From Thermodesulfovibrionia bacterium (GTDB taxonomy: Bacteria; Nitrospirota; Thermodesulfovibrionia; UBA6902), in NCBI GenBank assembly GCA_038918635.1, contig JBCKZY010000001.1:12050-76049 (forward strand): a stretch of 64,000 nt of DNA, in the 5' to 3' direction. The notes below the pieces were generated by a model. The model saw nothing but the letters and a program-made list of their open reading frames with translations. It searched no databases and was not told the DNA's origin. The first letter of the stretch is position 1, and the number at the start of each line of letters is the position of its first letter. Of the stretch, positions 1-9,590 are shown one piece after another. Both the position numbers and the translations under genes were made by a program.

Positions 1-498
1 CCCGCGATAACTTCTCCTGCCCGTGGTATGTTCCGAATGGTTCATACCACAACTTCAGATGCTCAAGTATCTGCCGTATTACTGATGCTTCAGTTATAAA
101 ACTGATTATCCGCATCTCCCCTCCGCACTCCGGGCATTGCAGAGGATCTGCCTCCCATATCTTTTTGATACATTCTCTCCACGTCTTGGACGGTATCCGC
201 TTCGGCTCATACTCAGATACATCTATTATCTCAACTTCAGAAGCTGTTTCTAAAAGCTCATCGCCCGGTCTTACCATGCCCTGTTTCAGACGCATTCCCC
301 GTGACTTGTTTGAGTACCATCCGTAATAACGGACCATACTTCGACAAGCTCAGCACTGGTCTGAAACGATTTCTCCGGGATATGCTGGGTTATGGCCGCT
401 ATAAATTCCTCTGGTATGTACCGTCTGGTACATACTTCTGCAGTATATGCATTAAATGGATAGCGAACGTATTCCCCGTGTTCTTGCCACGGGTTCAA
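1..498 (-). pseudogene. IS91/Y2-type transposase, C-terminal part, frameshifted (copy A)
   Basis: ORF 286-498 ends ...ITQHIPEKSFQ. The expected continuation MVRYYGWYSNKSRG starts at 338 in another frame and runs off the window. Same 23-nt disruption as copy B (338-360). Confidence 0.65.
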
Positions 499-706
499 GC
501 GAGCGAATGCAATAAAATACTTCCTTGCATTAGATTCTCTGTGGTCTTGCCACAGGGAATATCAAATTCTTCTTATTTCTTCCGTGGGTCATTTTTGAGC
601 GGTAGATGACCGTCCCGTTTATATCGTTATAGGTCATCTTGTCAAGTGAGAAAGGATTGCGGAGGATATACTGCGCTACTGACTCCCTGCCTTTTTCATC
701 ATCCCT
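1..706 (-). mobile_element. IS91-family-like element, copy A (cut by the window edge; homology ends at 706)
   Basis: 1-706 is near-identical by eye to 3205-3976, except for a 69-bp block present only in copy B. It encodes the same ITQHIPEKSFQ / VRYYGWYSNKSRG / CPxCGGEMRI transposase motifs. Confidence 0.7.
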
Positions 707-725
707 GCCTGCCGGCAGGCAGGTC

Positions 726-1127
726 TTAAGATTCGCAGGCCATTTTTGCCTTGCTTACATATTTCAGGTCCCTGAAAGTCGCATCCGGACTGCCGAGCAT
801 TGTGTTGATATGCTTACTTATCCATTTATGGAAGAAATCGCCCTTGTTCCATCCGAACTTGTTAACCAGCCTGTTTATATCTCGAAGTTTTCCCCAACTG
901 TCATCTGCAAAATTATTAAAATCAAGAGTCTTCAGAATTTTACGGGTCTGGGCAGTTGTGAATCCAAGAGCAAAAAGTGTTGCGTTGATTGCTCCTGCTG
1001 ATGTGCCTCCTACTCTTATGATATTAGGCAGGATGCCTTCGTCTTTCAAGACCTGCATTGCGCCTACATAAGCAACTCCTTTTACGCCACCGCCTTCAAA
1101 AACAATATTTTTGAAATGATATGACAT
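726..1127 (-). pseudogene. Patatin-like phospholipase, N-terminal ~130 aa only (C-terminus lost at the junction with IS copy A)
   Basis: Carries FEGGGVKGVAYVG (GGGxxG) and GGTSAGA (GxSxG) patatin motifs. AGGAGG lies upstream of the ATG at 1127. The ORF stops about 20 bp from the end of IS homology, and patatins are normally more than 250 aa. Confidence 0.65.
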
Positions 1128-1176
1128 GGTCCCCTCCTTTAAAGATTCTAAGTATAAACTGCCGTTATTTATTTTT

Positions 1177-1283
1177 GTCATGCCCGAAGCCTGCCCCAGC
1201 AGTCAGTAAGCAGGGGTCTGTAATCGGGCATCCAGAACTCACTGAAAAGACTGGATTCCCGCTCAACAGACTGCGGGAATGAC
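1177..1283. repeat. MITE-like palindromic element, gtcat.ccc...gggaatgac family
   Basis: Termini gtcatgcccg / cgggaatgac, with an internal cgggcatccag ... ctggattcccg inverted pair. Same architecture at 5323-5428, 10618-10778, 27185-27311, 49553-49625, 50749-50959 and 58830-58950. Confidence 0.75.
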
Positions 1284-1355
1284 GGTTCAATGTTCGAGTT
1301 TATGGACAAACACTATGTTGTCAAGAATAAAATTGCCTGCAATAAGAGCTTATTC

Positions 1356-2834
1356 TTAAAGTGAATAAGCGAAATCATTGTAGGCCATCAGAGACAGGAT
1401 TGTTGAAATCCTGACGTGCTTCTTAAACACATATGGCAGTATTTTAATTATGAATTTTGAACGCTCTATATCGGGTGAAAACAGCAGGGTGAAAAGCCGC
1501 AAGGCAAATAGCAGGCGGTATTTAAACTTGACAGGATCAAGATCATTTGATCGCTTCCAGAAATCAATATTCCAGTAATGCTGAAGCTTGTTGAAGATTG
1601 AGTCAAATGAATAAGCGTCCCTGACAATGCTCCTGAATCCGTCATAAAGTTTTTCAGATGATAACGTTGGATGATCAAACACTACGTGTTTCGTATCATA
1701 TTTACTCCAATCCTTATGAAGTATCTTTCCTTCGTCGGACAGGCGCTTGAATAACTTTGTACCCGGAAAGGGCGTGAGGATATTAATAATCGGTACCAGC
1801 AATCTGGATTCACTGATAAATTCAGATAACTCTTTAAATGTATTTTCAGAATCAAAATTATAACCCACAATAAAAGAGCTGTGAACAAGTATTCCATGTG
1901 ACTGTATTTTATTAATGGCCTGAATATAGTCATATCTCTGATTGATCCCTTTATCCATGCTGGCAAGGTTTTCCTGAGAAATAGACTCAAAGCCGATAAA
2001 AATGGCACCGCACCCGCTTTCTCTCATTAATTCCAGCAGATCATTTTCCCGTGATATATTAATCGATGCCTGGCACATCCAGTTTATGTTTAACGGTTTT
2101 ATTGAGGTGAACAGTTCCCGGGCAAATTTTCTGTTAGCAATGATGTTATCATCGGCAAAGAATATGGCATGTTTCTTTTTATATTTAACAGTGGAGCTGT
2201 TAATGATTTGCAACTCGTTGACTACCTGTTCTACGGTTTTGCTTCTTATCTTTTGACCATCAAAGGCATGGACAGAGCAGAATTCGCAATGAAAGGGGCA
2301 GCCCTTTGTAGTCTGGACAATGTCGGACAGATACTGCTCCTTTGACATTGCCCTTCTGTCTGCAACAGGGTAATGAGTAAGGTCTGTGAGGCTGCCGGCT
2401 TTATATGTTTTCTGTAAACGGTTATTTTCAGCATCATCCAGAAGTAATTGCCAGACCTGCTCGGCCTCACCTATGACTACACTGTCACAATACTGTAGCG
2501 CCTCTTCAGTACACATGGAAGGATGGATCCCCCCAAGTACAGTCCTGACTCCTCTTTCCCGGAATTTGTCAGATATGGAATAGGCCCTATTTGCAAACAT
2601 TGTTCTGACGCTGATACCGACCAGATCAGCACCCCATTCATAATCGATTTCCTCTATGTTTTCATCAAAGACCCTTATTTCATGTTTTGAAGGAGTTAAG
2701 GACGTCAGAGTAGGAATGGCAAGAAGATATGATATATATTTATTAGAAAAAAGAAATTTTTTATAAAACCTGTAATCATAAAAGCTCTTTTCATTATCAG
2801 AGCTGCTAATTGGAATTATTAAGGCGATCCTCAT
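1356..2834 (-). CDS. B12-binding-domain radical SAM protein (class B)
   Basis: 492 aa. N-terminal Rossmann-like MRIALIIP... segment, then the CxxxCxxC cluster motif in TTKGCPFHCEFCSV, and a long C-terminal extension. AGGAG sits 11 nt upstream of the ATG. Confidence 0.8.
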   Translation of the reverse strand: MRIALIIPISSSDNEKSFYDYRFYKKFLFSNKYISYLLAIPTLTSLTPSKHEIRVFDENIEEIDYEWGADLVGISVRTMFANRAYSISDKFRERGVRTVLGGIHPSMCTEEALQYCDSVVIGEAEQVWQLLLDDAENNRLQKTYKAGSLTDLTHYPVADRRAMSKEQYLSDIVQTTKGCPFHCEFCSVHAFDGQKIRSKTVEQVVNELQIINSSTVKYKKKHAIFFADDNIIANRKFARELFTSIKPLNINWMCQASINISRENDLLELMRESGCGAIFIGFESISQENLASMDKGINQRYDYIQAINKIQSHGILVHSSFIVGYNFDSENTFKELSEFISESRLLVPIINILTPFPGTKLFKRLSDEGKILHKDWSKYDTKHVVFDHPTLSSEKLYDGFRSIVRDAYSFDSIFNKLQHYWNIDFWKRSNDLDPVKFKYRLLFALRLFTLLFSPDIERSKFIIKILPYVFKKHVRISTILSLMAYNDFAYSL

Positions 2835-3106
2835 TTTGTAACATCTCCTAGTCTCATAATAAACGGGAATATTCTAACAGGTTTAATGCATTATATCTTT
2901 AAATGATAAATGATAAGAAATCGCTTTTCAGGATTATTTGAATTTTATCGAACGGGAACAATTTTATCAACATTTATTCATGCCCGGGGATTATTCTCAG
3001 GACGAGGATAAGAGATCGTGTGTGCAGCTGTCGGTATTATGCGTGTTAACGGCATTACAGAGCATTAAAAAGACAAACCTCTCCTGTCAGCCTTCAGGGC
3101 TTTTCT

Positions 3107-3768
3107 TTATACGGCGACGGGGTCTCCGATTTGAGTCCAACTATCATCAAATGGCTCACATACCACTCCGCTACATTCTAAAGGTTCCCATTCCGGCGGG
3201 TCCCGGCTAAGCCACTCCTGCCCGTGGTATGTTCCGAATGGTTCATACCACAACTTCAGATGCTCAAGTATTTGCCGTACTACTGACTCCTCAGTAATAA
3301 AACTGACTATCCGCATCTCCCCGCCGCAGTGCGGACACTCCAGAGGATCTGCCTCCCATACCTGCCTGCTCGCTCGCCTCGGGGCGAAGCAACGGGCCGC
3401 GATGCGGCGCAGCGGGCCGGCAAGGCAGGTCTTCTTGATACATTCTCTCCACGTCTTGGACGGTATCCGCTTCGGCTCATACTCAGATACATCTATTATC
3501 TCAACTTCAGAAGCTGTTTCTAAAAGCTCATCGCCCGGTCTTACCATGCCCTGTTTCAGACGCATTCCCCGTGACTTGTTTGAGTACCATCCGTAATACC
3601 GGACCATACTTCGACAAGCTCAGCACTGGTCTGAAACGATTTCTCCGGGATATGCTGTGTTATGGCCGCTATAAATTCTTCTGGTATGTACCATCTGGTA
3701 CATACCTCTGCCGTATATGCGTTAAATGGATAGCGAGCGTATTTCCCGTGTTCTTGCCACGGGTTCAA
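3107..3768 (-). pseudogene. IS91/Y2-type transposase, frameshifted, with an in-frame 69-bp insertion (copy B)
   Basis: HIPEKSFQ and MVRYYGWYSNKSRG are separated by 23 nt (3608-3630) that break the frame. The C-terminal CPHCGGEMRI zinc motif is present. The N-terminal catalytic region is missing. Confidence 0.7.
3361..3429. repeat. 69-bp palindromic mini-element inserted in IS copy B (cctgcc...ggcagg termini)
   Basis: Copy A reads cccata|tct at 159/160. Copy B has 69 extra bp between the same flanks. Related short forms occur at 706-722 and about 61834-61866. Confidence 0.8.
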
Positions 3769-4207
3769 GCGAGCGAATGCAATAAAATACTTCCTTGCAT
3801 TAGATTCCCTGTGGTCTTGCCACTGGGAATATCAAATTCTTCTTATTTCGCCCATGGGTCATTTTTGACCGGTAGATGACTGTCCCGTTTGTATCGCTAT
3901 ACGTCATCTTGTCAAGTGAGAAAGGATTGCGGAGGATATACTGCGCCACTGATTCCCGGCCTTTTTCATCATCCCTTGAAATTTGCAGGCCATTATTTAT
4001 ACTGAAGCCGGCCTGTCCCGATTTATCCGTTCTCCGCCATGTACCGTACGGTGCACGGCTCCGTAGCAGCCTGCTTCGCCGAAGTGCTACGAAGGCTGAA
4101 CTGCGAAGGATGAATCGGGGAATGTCTCCACTTCATCAGTTTCGTAATTATCTCATCAGATATCTTTCCTTCCTCTTTAAGCATCGTGAATACACCGGCC
4201 CGGAAGA

Positions 4208-4483
4208 TTTCCATTTGCTCTCAGTGTAAGGGGTGACAGCATGGAGCCGGAGTTTCATGAAGGAGATGTTATTATAATTAATCCCGCTTTAAAACAGGAA
4301 CACAATGACTATCTGGTTGTTTCCAATGAGGAAGGAGAAGCAACATTCAAGCAGCTTAAGAAATATGGCAGAACAAGGGTGTTACATCCACTTAATCCAA
4401 AGTATGACGACATAGAGCTGAACAGAGAAGCAGAATATAGAGTAATAGGTGTGGTGATAGAAAAGAAGAAAAGGTACAGATGA
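4208..4483 (+). pseudogene. S24 (LexA/UmuD/phage-repressor type) peptidase domain remnant, N-terminal part lost
   Basis: Reading upstream in frame from the annotated ATG gives FPFALSVRGDSMEPEFHEGDVIIINP (the GDSM catalytic-Ser motif). The frame opens only at 4190, right against the IS copy B remnant, and there is no DNA-binding domain. Confidence 0.6.
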
Positions 4484-4614
4484 TGTCAGACCATACCTCA
4501 TTAAAGTCCACTGTTTTGAGAACTACAAAAAAAGAGGCCAGGGACTAACCCGCATACTGCATAAATGTGGCGGAAAGACCCGCCTGCTCATATGTCACGG
4601 GAAATATATATCGT

Positions 4615-5205
4615 TCAGAGCCATTTTACAACAGGAGGCCTCTTCTCCGGAGGTTCTGTAGTCCCTTCAGGATATCCTAAAAGGACAGGGCCAAAGATCT
4701 TCTCTCCCTCTTTCAGATCAAGCGCTTTAACGATCTCCTCATTGCCGGTCACCAATGAACCGAACTGGACCCAGCAGCTTCCAAGCCCCAGTGAGTAAGC
4801 CGCGAGCATCATATTCTGACACGCAAGGGGGCAGGAGAGGTCCGCATAGGTACCGGCGCCAATAACAAAGATGATCGCCGGCGCAGAATAGTAAATAGGG
4901 TCCTCCAGCTCTTCATAACGCTTCATGATAAGCTGATATCGCTCGGGGTTTGACTCTTTAAGCGGCTCCAGAAGCTTCTTTGCGTTAGGGACCGCTGTCT
5001 CAAGGAGTTTTTTATGAAGTACCATGTCCTCGACCACTACAAACCTCCATGGCTGGCTGTTCATACCTGACGGGGCCTGATTCCCGGCCTCGATGATTGT
5101 GTTCAGGAGATCTCCCGGTATCTTATCAGACTTATAAGACCTGACCGATCTTCTCTTCCCAATTGCATCCAGCACATCATTCTCAGATAAACCTGTCATT
5201 GCCAT
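4615..5205 (-). CDS. Nitroreductase family protein
   Basis: RRSVRSYKSDKIP...NQAPSGMNSQPWRFVVV is the typical nitroreductase N-terminal signature. AAGGAGG RBS present. Confidence 0.8.
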   Translation of the reverse strand: MAMTGLSENDVLDAIGKRRSVRSYKSDKIPGDLLNTIIEAGNQAPSGMNSQPWRFVVVEDMVLHKKLLETAVPNAKKLLEPLKESNPERYQLIMKRYEELEDPIYYSAPAIIFVIGAGTYADLSCPLACQNMMLAAYSLGLGSCWVQFGSLVTGNEEIVKALDLKEGEKIFGPVLLGYPEGTTEPPEKRPPVVKWL

Positions 5206-5295
5206 CCCCCTCCTTTTATAAGCAATCTTGATTGGTTTCTACCCGTTGTCTTCAATAATAATATCAGCTATAAGTTAATATGTTATCTTAGTATG

Positions 5296-5464
5296 AGAGG
5301 CTCTTGCAAAAGTCTTTATTCGTCATTCCCGAGGTCTTTATCGGGAATCCAGTATTCTTTAAAATTAAAGACTTCTGGATACCCGCTGGAGTTTATCCCG
5401 TACTTCGATACGGGGCGGGTATGACAACAATACCGATTTTCCCGATACTTTTGCAAGAGGCTCT
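5296..5464. repeat. Nested palindromic element: outer inverted repeat agaggctcttgcaaaagt enclosing a gtcattccc MITE
   Basis: 5296-5313 and 5447-5464 are reverse complements. The interior matches the gtcattccc/gggtatgac family. Confidence 0.75.
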
Positions 5465-5489
5465 TAGTTATAACCTTTTATGACAGCTT

Positions 5490-6728
5490 ATGAATAATAA
5501 AAAGAGAATAATAATTGATATTGACATCCCCGTTTATGGGGGAAGAAGTATCGGAAGATACAAAGGCAAGGTTGTAATGATAAAGGGAGCAGCCCTGCCC
5601 GGTGAGACTGTTGAGGCGGTAATAGAAAAGGAGAAGAAGGACTATATCACCGCGTCGATCAGGAAGATCATACAACCATCTCCTGACAGAGTTGAACCAC
5701 CCTGCCGGCATTATGGCACATGCGGCGGCTGCCACCTGCAGCACGCGCCTTACAAAATACAGGTCAATCTTAAAAAAGAAATTTTCAGGGATACGATAAG
5801 GAGGCTGGCAAAGATGGATCTTCATCTTGCCGGATCAATCATTACAGACAGCCCGTGGAATTACAGGTGCAGGGCACAGTTCAAGGTCTCAGGGGGAAAG
5901 ATCGGATTTTACAGAGAAAACAGCACCGACCTGATCGATGTAGATAACTGTCCTCTTATGCATGAGAAGATAAACAGATCACTTGAAAAAAGCAGGGCCC
6001 TGCTGAAAGAGGTTAACGCAGGGGAGATACATATATCATGCGGAGATACTTCAGTCGCATTTATAAAAATGGCTGAAAATGGAGCAGAATGTGACAGATT
6101 AGCGTCAGCTTTTATCGGTTCGGGGTTTTCAGGCCTGATGATAGAGACAGCCGGTAAGGAGTTATTAAGATACGGGAAACCTTATATCACACTGAACCTT
6201 CAGGAGATGAAGTATACCGTATCGGCGATCAGTTTTTTTCAGAGCCACTGGAAACTTAATAAATCCATGATAAGGCTTATTAAAGATACCCTCGGACAGA
6301 TCAACGGCAAAAAGGTCCTTGACTTATACTCAGGCGCCGGGAACTTCTCCCTGCCTCTTGCCGGGGATGCTGAAGTAACAGCCGTTGAGGATAGCCCTTA
6401 TGCCATCGAGGACGGCAGGAGAAACCTTGAGATAAACGGGATCAGGAATTACAGGTTTATAAACTCTTCAGCTGAAAGGTATCAGACACGCGAAAGGTTT
6501 GATATCCTCATCCTCGATCCGCCGAGACGCGGGCTCACTCAGAAGGTGTTAAAGAATGTGCTCGATATTATGGCTGAGCAGATTGTGTACATATCCTGCG
6601 ACCCTGCAACTTTTTCAAGGGACCTGAAGAAACTCTCCGTGAAATATGATATTGAGTCCGTAAGGATGGTTGATCTCTTTCCGCAGACTTTTCATATTGA
6701 GGCACTGGCTTTCCTGCAATTGCGATAA
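5490..6728 (+). CDS. rlmD: 23S rRNA (uracil-C5)-methyltransferase, RumA/RlmD family
   Basis: TRAM-like N-terminus, a 4-Cys cluster CRHYGTCGGCHLQH...C, the SAM-MTase motif DLYSGAGNF, then DPPRRG and YISCDPATFSRD. Confidence 0.85.
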   Translation: MNNKKRIIIDIDIPVYGGRSIGRYKGKVVMIKGAALPGETVEAVIEKEKKDYITASIRKIIQPSPDRVEPPCRHYGTCGGCHLQHAPYKIQVNLKKEIFRDTIRRLAKMDLHLAGSIITDSPWNYRCRAQFKVSGGKIGFYRENSTDLIDVDNCPLMHEKINRSLEKSRALLKEVNAGEIHISCGDTSVAFIKMAENGAECDRLASAFIGSGFSGLMIETAGKELLRYGKPYITLNLQEMKYTVSAISFFQSHWKLNKSMIRLIKDTLGQINGKKVLDLYSGAGNFSLPLAGDAEVTAVEDSPYAIEDGRRNLEINGIRNYRFINSSAERYQTRERFDILILDPPRRGLTQKVLKNVLDIMAEQIVYISCDPATFSRDLKKLSVKYDIESVRMVDLFPQTFHIEALAFLQLR

Positions 6729-7080
6729 ACGGCATTAATAATCGCTAATTTCTGAAAGATGCCTCAATTAATAACTCCCTGTAATAATTTCCTGTAATCC
6801 TGTTTTTAAATCTTGCCTAAGAATACGAGCTTGCAAAAGATAATCGATCATTTTATGAATAAAATAAGTATAAATAAAGTGATACGAATCACATACCTCT
6901 CGGCAGTGAAGTGATATCCTAAAGGTCTAATTTAATTTACGGTACAGGTATGTTAGTTGCTGAGAAGAACACCTTTTAAATAGTCTGATAAGGAACTCCA
7001 AGAAGAAAAATATTTTCTTACCAGACGATAAAAGATCTAATTTGTTAAAGACCACAAGGTACTAAAGTATTAAAATCCCA

Positions 7081-7848
7081 ATGTCCGTGAATAATATTGA
7101 TATCAAATTAAAGCACAATGCAGAACTATTCTCAAAAATAATTACTAACGATGTTGTATACATTATTAATACTGAGGAGAAGGAAAATTACCCTACAGAA
7201 GCATGTAGCAGAGTTTATTTAAATGGGAAGATTCTTTTTTCAAAAGATGCAGATTTCTCACATCTAATTGGAACGGATGATTACCAGTACAAGCTTTATA
7301 TATTTATGACACAACTTCATAAGCATGTAGTCGCTCAGTTTAATGATATGCTTAAGAAAAGCCAAAGGAATAAATCAGAATACCTTACTAAGGCCACATG
7401 TCTGCTCAGGCAAGGTAAACGTAAAGAGGCTTATCAGCTGCTCAAGAAGGGGTTAAAGGTTTTTCCGGACGAACCCATTCTTCTCTCGTATTATGGTTTT
7501 TTATGCTCAAAAGTAGAAAATAAGCCGAGGGAAGGAGTCAGAATATGCAGGGACGTAATTTTAAAACTTGAAGGCAGGTCTTCGGTTAACCGTGAATTTC
7601 TCTACCCGGTCGTCTACATGAACCTGGGCAAGGCATACCTTGAAGCCAATGAGAAGATAGAGGCTTTTAAGGCATTTAACATCGGCCTTAAGTCTGACCC
7701 GACAAATGCAGACCTCACTGCTGAGATGAAGAAGATAGGAAGGCGCAGGAAACCGTTGTTTACTTTTCTTGAAAGAAGCAATCCTCTGAACATATACACG
7801 GGTTTATTTCTGAGCACATGGTTGGAAATAATAAAGGTGACTAAGTAA
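7081..7848 (+). CDS. TPR-repeat protein, function unknown
   Basis: 255 aa. The C-terminal half has TPR-like repeats (AYQLLKKGLKVFPDEP, GKAYLEANEKIEAFKAFNIGLKSDP). The locus 6730-7970 is AT-rich. Confidence 0.55.
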   Translation: MSVNNIDIKLKHNAELFSKIITNDVVYIINTEEKENYPTEACSRVYLNGKILFSKDADFSHLIGTDDYQYKLYIFMTQLHKHVVAQFNDMLKKSQRNKSEYLTKATCLLRQGKRKEAYQLLKKGLKVFPDEPILLSYYGFLCSKVENKPREGVRICRDVILKLEGRSSVNREFLYPVVYMNLGKAYLEANEKIEAFKAFNIGLKSDPTNADLTAEMKKIGRRRKPLFTFLERSNPLNIYTGLFLSTWLEIIKVTK

Positions 7849-7974
7849 TCTCAAGCCTCCTTTTTACTCACTTTTAACCTGTAATCCTCCACTTACACAA
7901 GACTCCAAGATGAATTATTAACAGGTGTTATTATATATATACTTGCTAGTAGTTGTTTAGTAAAAAACCGTTAT

Positions 7975-8496
7975 TCAGGAAAAACGTGTAACTACCTCTT
8001 CCAGTAGCCCTGACCATACCTCATAACCCTTATCACTGAGATGAACTCCGTCAGCAAGCAGGTACTCCCTTATCACCCTTCCATCATCATGAGTAAAGTC
8101 ACGGTATATATCAAGATATTCTATCCCCGATTCATCGACGAGATCTTTCAGTGAACCATTTATATCCCAGATTGATGTGTTGCTGATAAAATCAACAGAG
8201 GTCGGCAAAAGACTATGAATGTATATACGTGCGTCCGGATATGCGGATTTTAACCTTATTATTATCTCTCTGTATGAATCGATAAATTCAAATTCTTCCA
8301 TTGCTACATCATTCAGACCGGACATTATAAAGATAAGATCAGCGGAATCATACTTGCCGGTTATACTCCCTATTCTCCTGAGGAGCCCCTCAACCATCTC
8401 CCCAGCCATCCCAAGATTAGCAACTTTATGGGCAGGGAACCTCTTCTGCCAGTCAAAGAACTCTATAAGAGAATGGCCGATAAAGAGAATGTTCAT
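7975..8496 (-). CDS. SGNH/GDSL-type hydrolase
   Basis: Block I ILFIGHSLIE, block III SGLNDV, block V DGVHLSDKGYEVW. Confidence 0.75.
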   Translation of the reverse strand: MNILFIGHSLIEFFDWQKRFPAHKVANLGMAGEMVEGLLRRIGSITGKYDSADLIFIMSGLNDVAMEEFEFIDSYREIIIRLKSAYPDARIYIHSLLPTSVDFISNTSIWDINGSLKDLVDESGIEYLDIYRDFTHDDGRVIREYLLADGVHLSDKGYEVWSGLLEEVVTRFS

Positions 8497-8775
8497 TTTA
8501 TTATCACAGGATGCGCCTTTTAGACAGGATTTACGGGTCGAAGCGGCTCTCAGCGAAAACTCGCACCGAGATATTCAGGATAAAATAACTGCCCCCCTTA
8601 GTCCTGATGAATCGGGGCGAGGTATCACGTCATCCCAAATGAGTAGATCATTAAACCCAATTCAGAGCACCGAGGAATTTATTGATAATTAAGAATTTAA
8701 AATCAATATATCCTGTTAATCCTGTCAGAGAAGTCTTTGTTTTGTTATTCGTGTTAATTCGTGGCTTATAACACC

Positions 8776-9516
8776 CTAATCGTCTTTCTGTATTTCATTC
8801 ATAAGATACTTGGCAACCACCGCCTCAAGAGAGCAAGGAGCTTCCTTCCCCTTAGACAAAAGGCGTAATGCCTCCATATCAGATTCCCAGGCGGTGTTAC
8901 CCGGCGCGAGAAAGCACCTGCTTCCCGGTTCATGGCTCAAGTACAGTCTGCTATCCCTATAGTAGTAAAAAGCCTCGTTTACTTCGGTTGGATAGGCGTG
9001 CATAAGAGGGGGTATGTCCTCCGGCTTGAACCAAAGTTTGATTTCACGTTCCGCTTCACTGTCGGTTGCTGACGCATGAATGATATTATCCATGCGTTCG
9101 CCGATCACGTTTCCGGCGGGATCTTTGAGAGGAACCACCGTTCCCAGAGAACGGATACACCCTGGTTTTTCATCACGCGCAATATGAGGATTTGTGGGCC
9201 CGGCAATATCCCGGATCTTTTTTACGGCATCCGGCCCCTGTTTCACGATTGCAACTACTCTATGCTTCCACGGCTGGTCAGGATAATGGATATATCCCAT
9301 AATGTACTCAAGTAGTGAAGGGTAGAAGACTTTACCCCGGTGTTCAGCATAGTGCTCTTCGGCAAGAATTTTACTGACATTAACGATCTTCATACCGGCA
9401 AAACGCAAGCCGGTATGAAATTCCGAAAGTTGAGATAAAACGTAGCCTGTCAAGGAATTCTTGAGCGCGTCCGGTTTGATAAATACAAGCGTCTGTTCAA
9501 GTTTTTTGTCCATCAA
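8776..9516 (-). CDS. ndk: Nucleoside-diphosphate kinase with internal inserts and a ~85-aa C-terminal extension
   Basis: TLVFIKPDA..., EHYAEHRGKVFY, and NIIHASATDSEAEREIKLWF (catalytic His context). 246 aa against about 140-150 for a typical NDK. Confidence 0.7.
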   Translation of the reverse strand: MMDKKLEQTLVFIKPDALKNSLTGYVLSQLSEFHTGLRFAGMKIVNVSKILAEEHYAEHRGKVFYPSLLEYIMGYIHYPDQPWKHRVVAIVKQGPDAVKKIRDIAGPTNPHIARDEKPGCIRSLGTVVPLKDPAGNVIGERMDNIIHASATDSEAEREIKLWFKPEDIPPLMHAYPTEVNEAFYYYRDSRLYLSHEPGSRCFLAPGNTAWESDMEALRLLSKGKEAPCSLEAVVAKYLMNEIQKDD

Positions 9517-9590
9517 TTACTCCTTCAGCTCAGAAAAGATTATGCTGCTTAATTCTAATATTATTACTCCCCTCTCATGAAAAGCCACAA

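Larger units (their letters stand above)
2911..4214 (-). mobile_element. IS91-family-like element, copy B (degenerate)
   Basis: Left terminus tgataagaaatcgcttttcaggattattt.aatttt recurs at 63965-64000. The interior carries frameshifted transposase pieces: 3107-3607, 3556-3768, and 4023-4214 with FRAGVFTMLKEEGKISDEIITKLMKWRHS. Confidence 0.7.

Noticed and set aside
1466-2583. Track ORFs 1466-1678, 1682-2008, 2002-2256, 2246-2470 and 2386-2583 inside or antisense to the radical SAM gene
   Set aside because: These are shadow ORFs within a 492-aa ORF that has clear family motifs. Their translations are low-complexity with no motifs.
1356-2834. The B12-radical SAM gene as a tailoring enzyme of the lipid cluster
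   Set aside because: It is 15 kb away, separated by unrelated housekeeping genes and bracketed by IS copies. Nothing supports a link.
301-4229. Plus-strand ORFs 301-609, 639-1001, 751-1071, 2938-3210, 3329-3523, 3402-3596, 3571-3879 and 3876-4229
   Set aside because: They are antisense or out of frame relative to the recognisable IS91-like transposase and patatin reading frames, and are duplicated only because the IS is duplicated.
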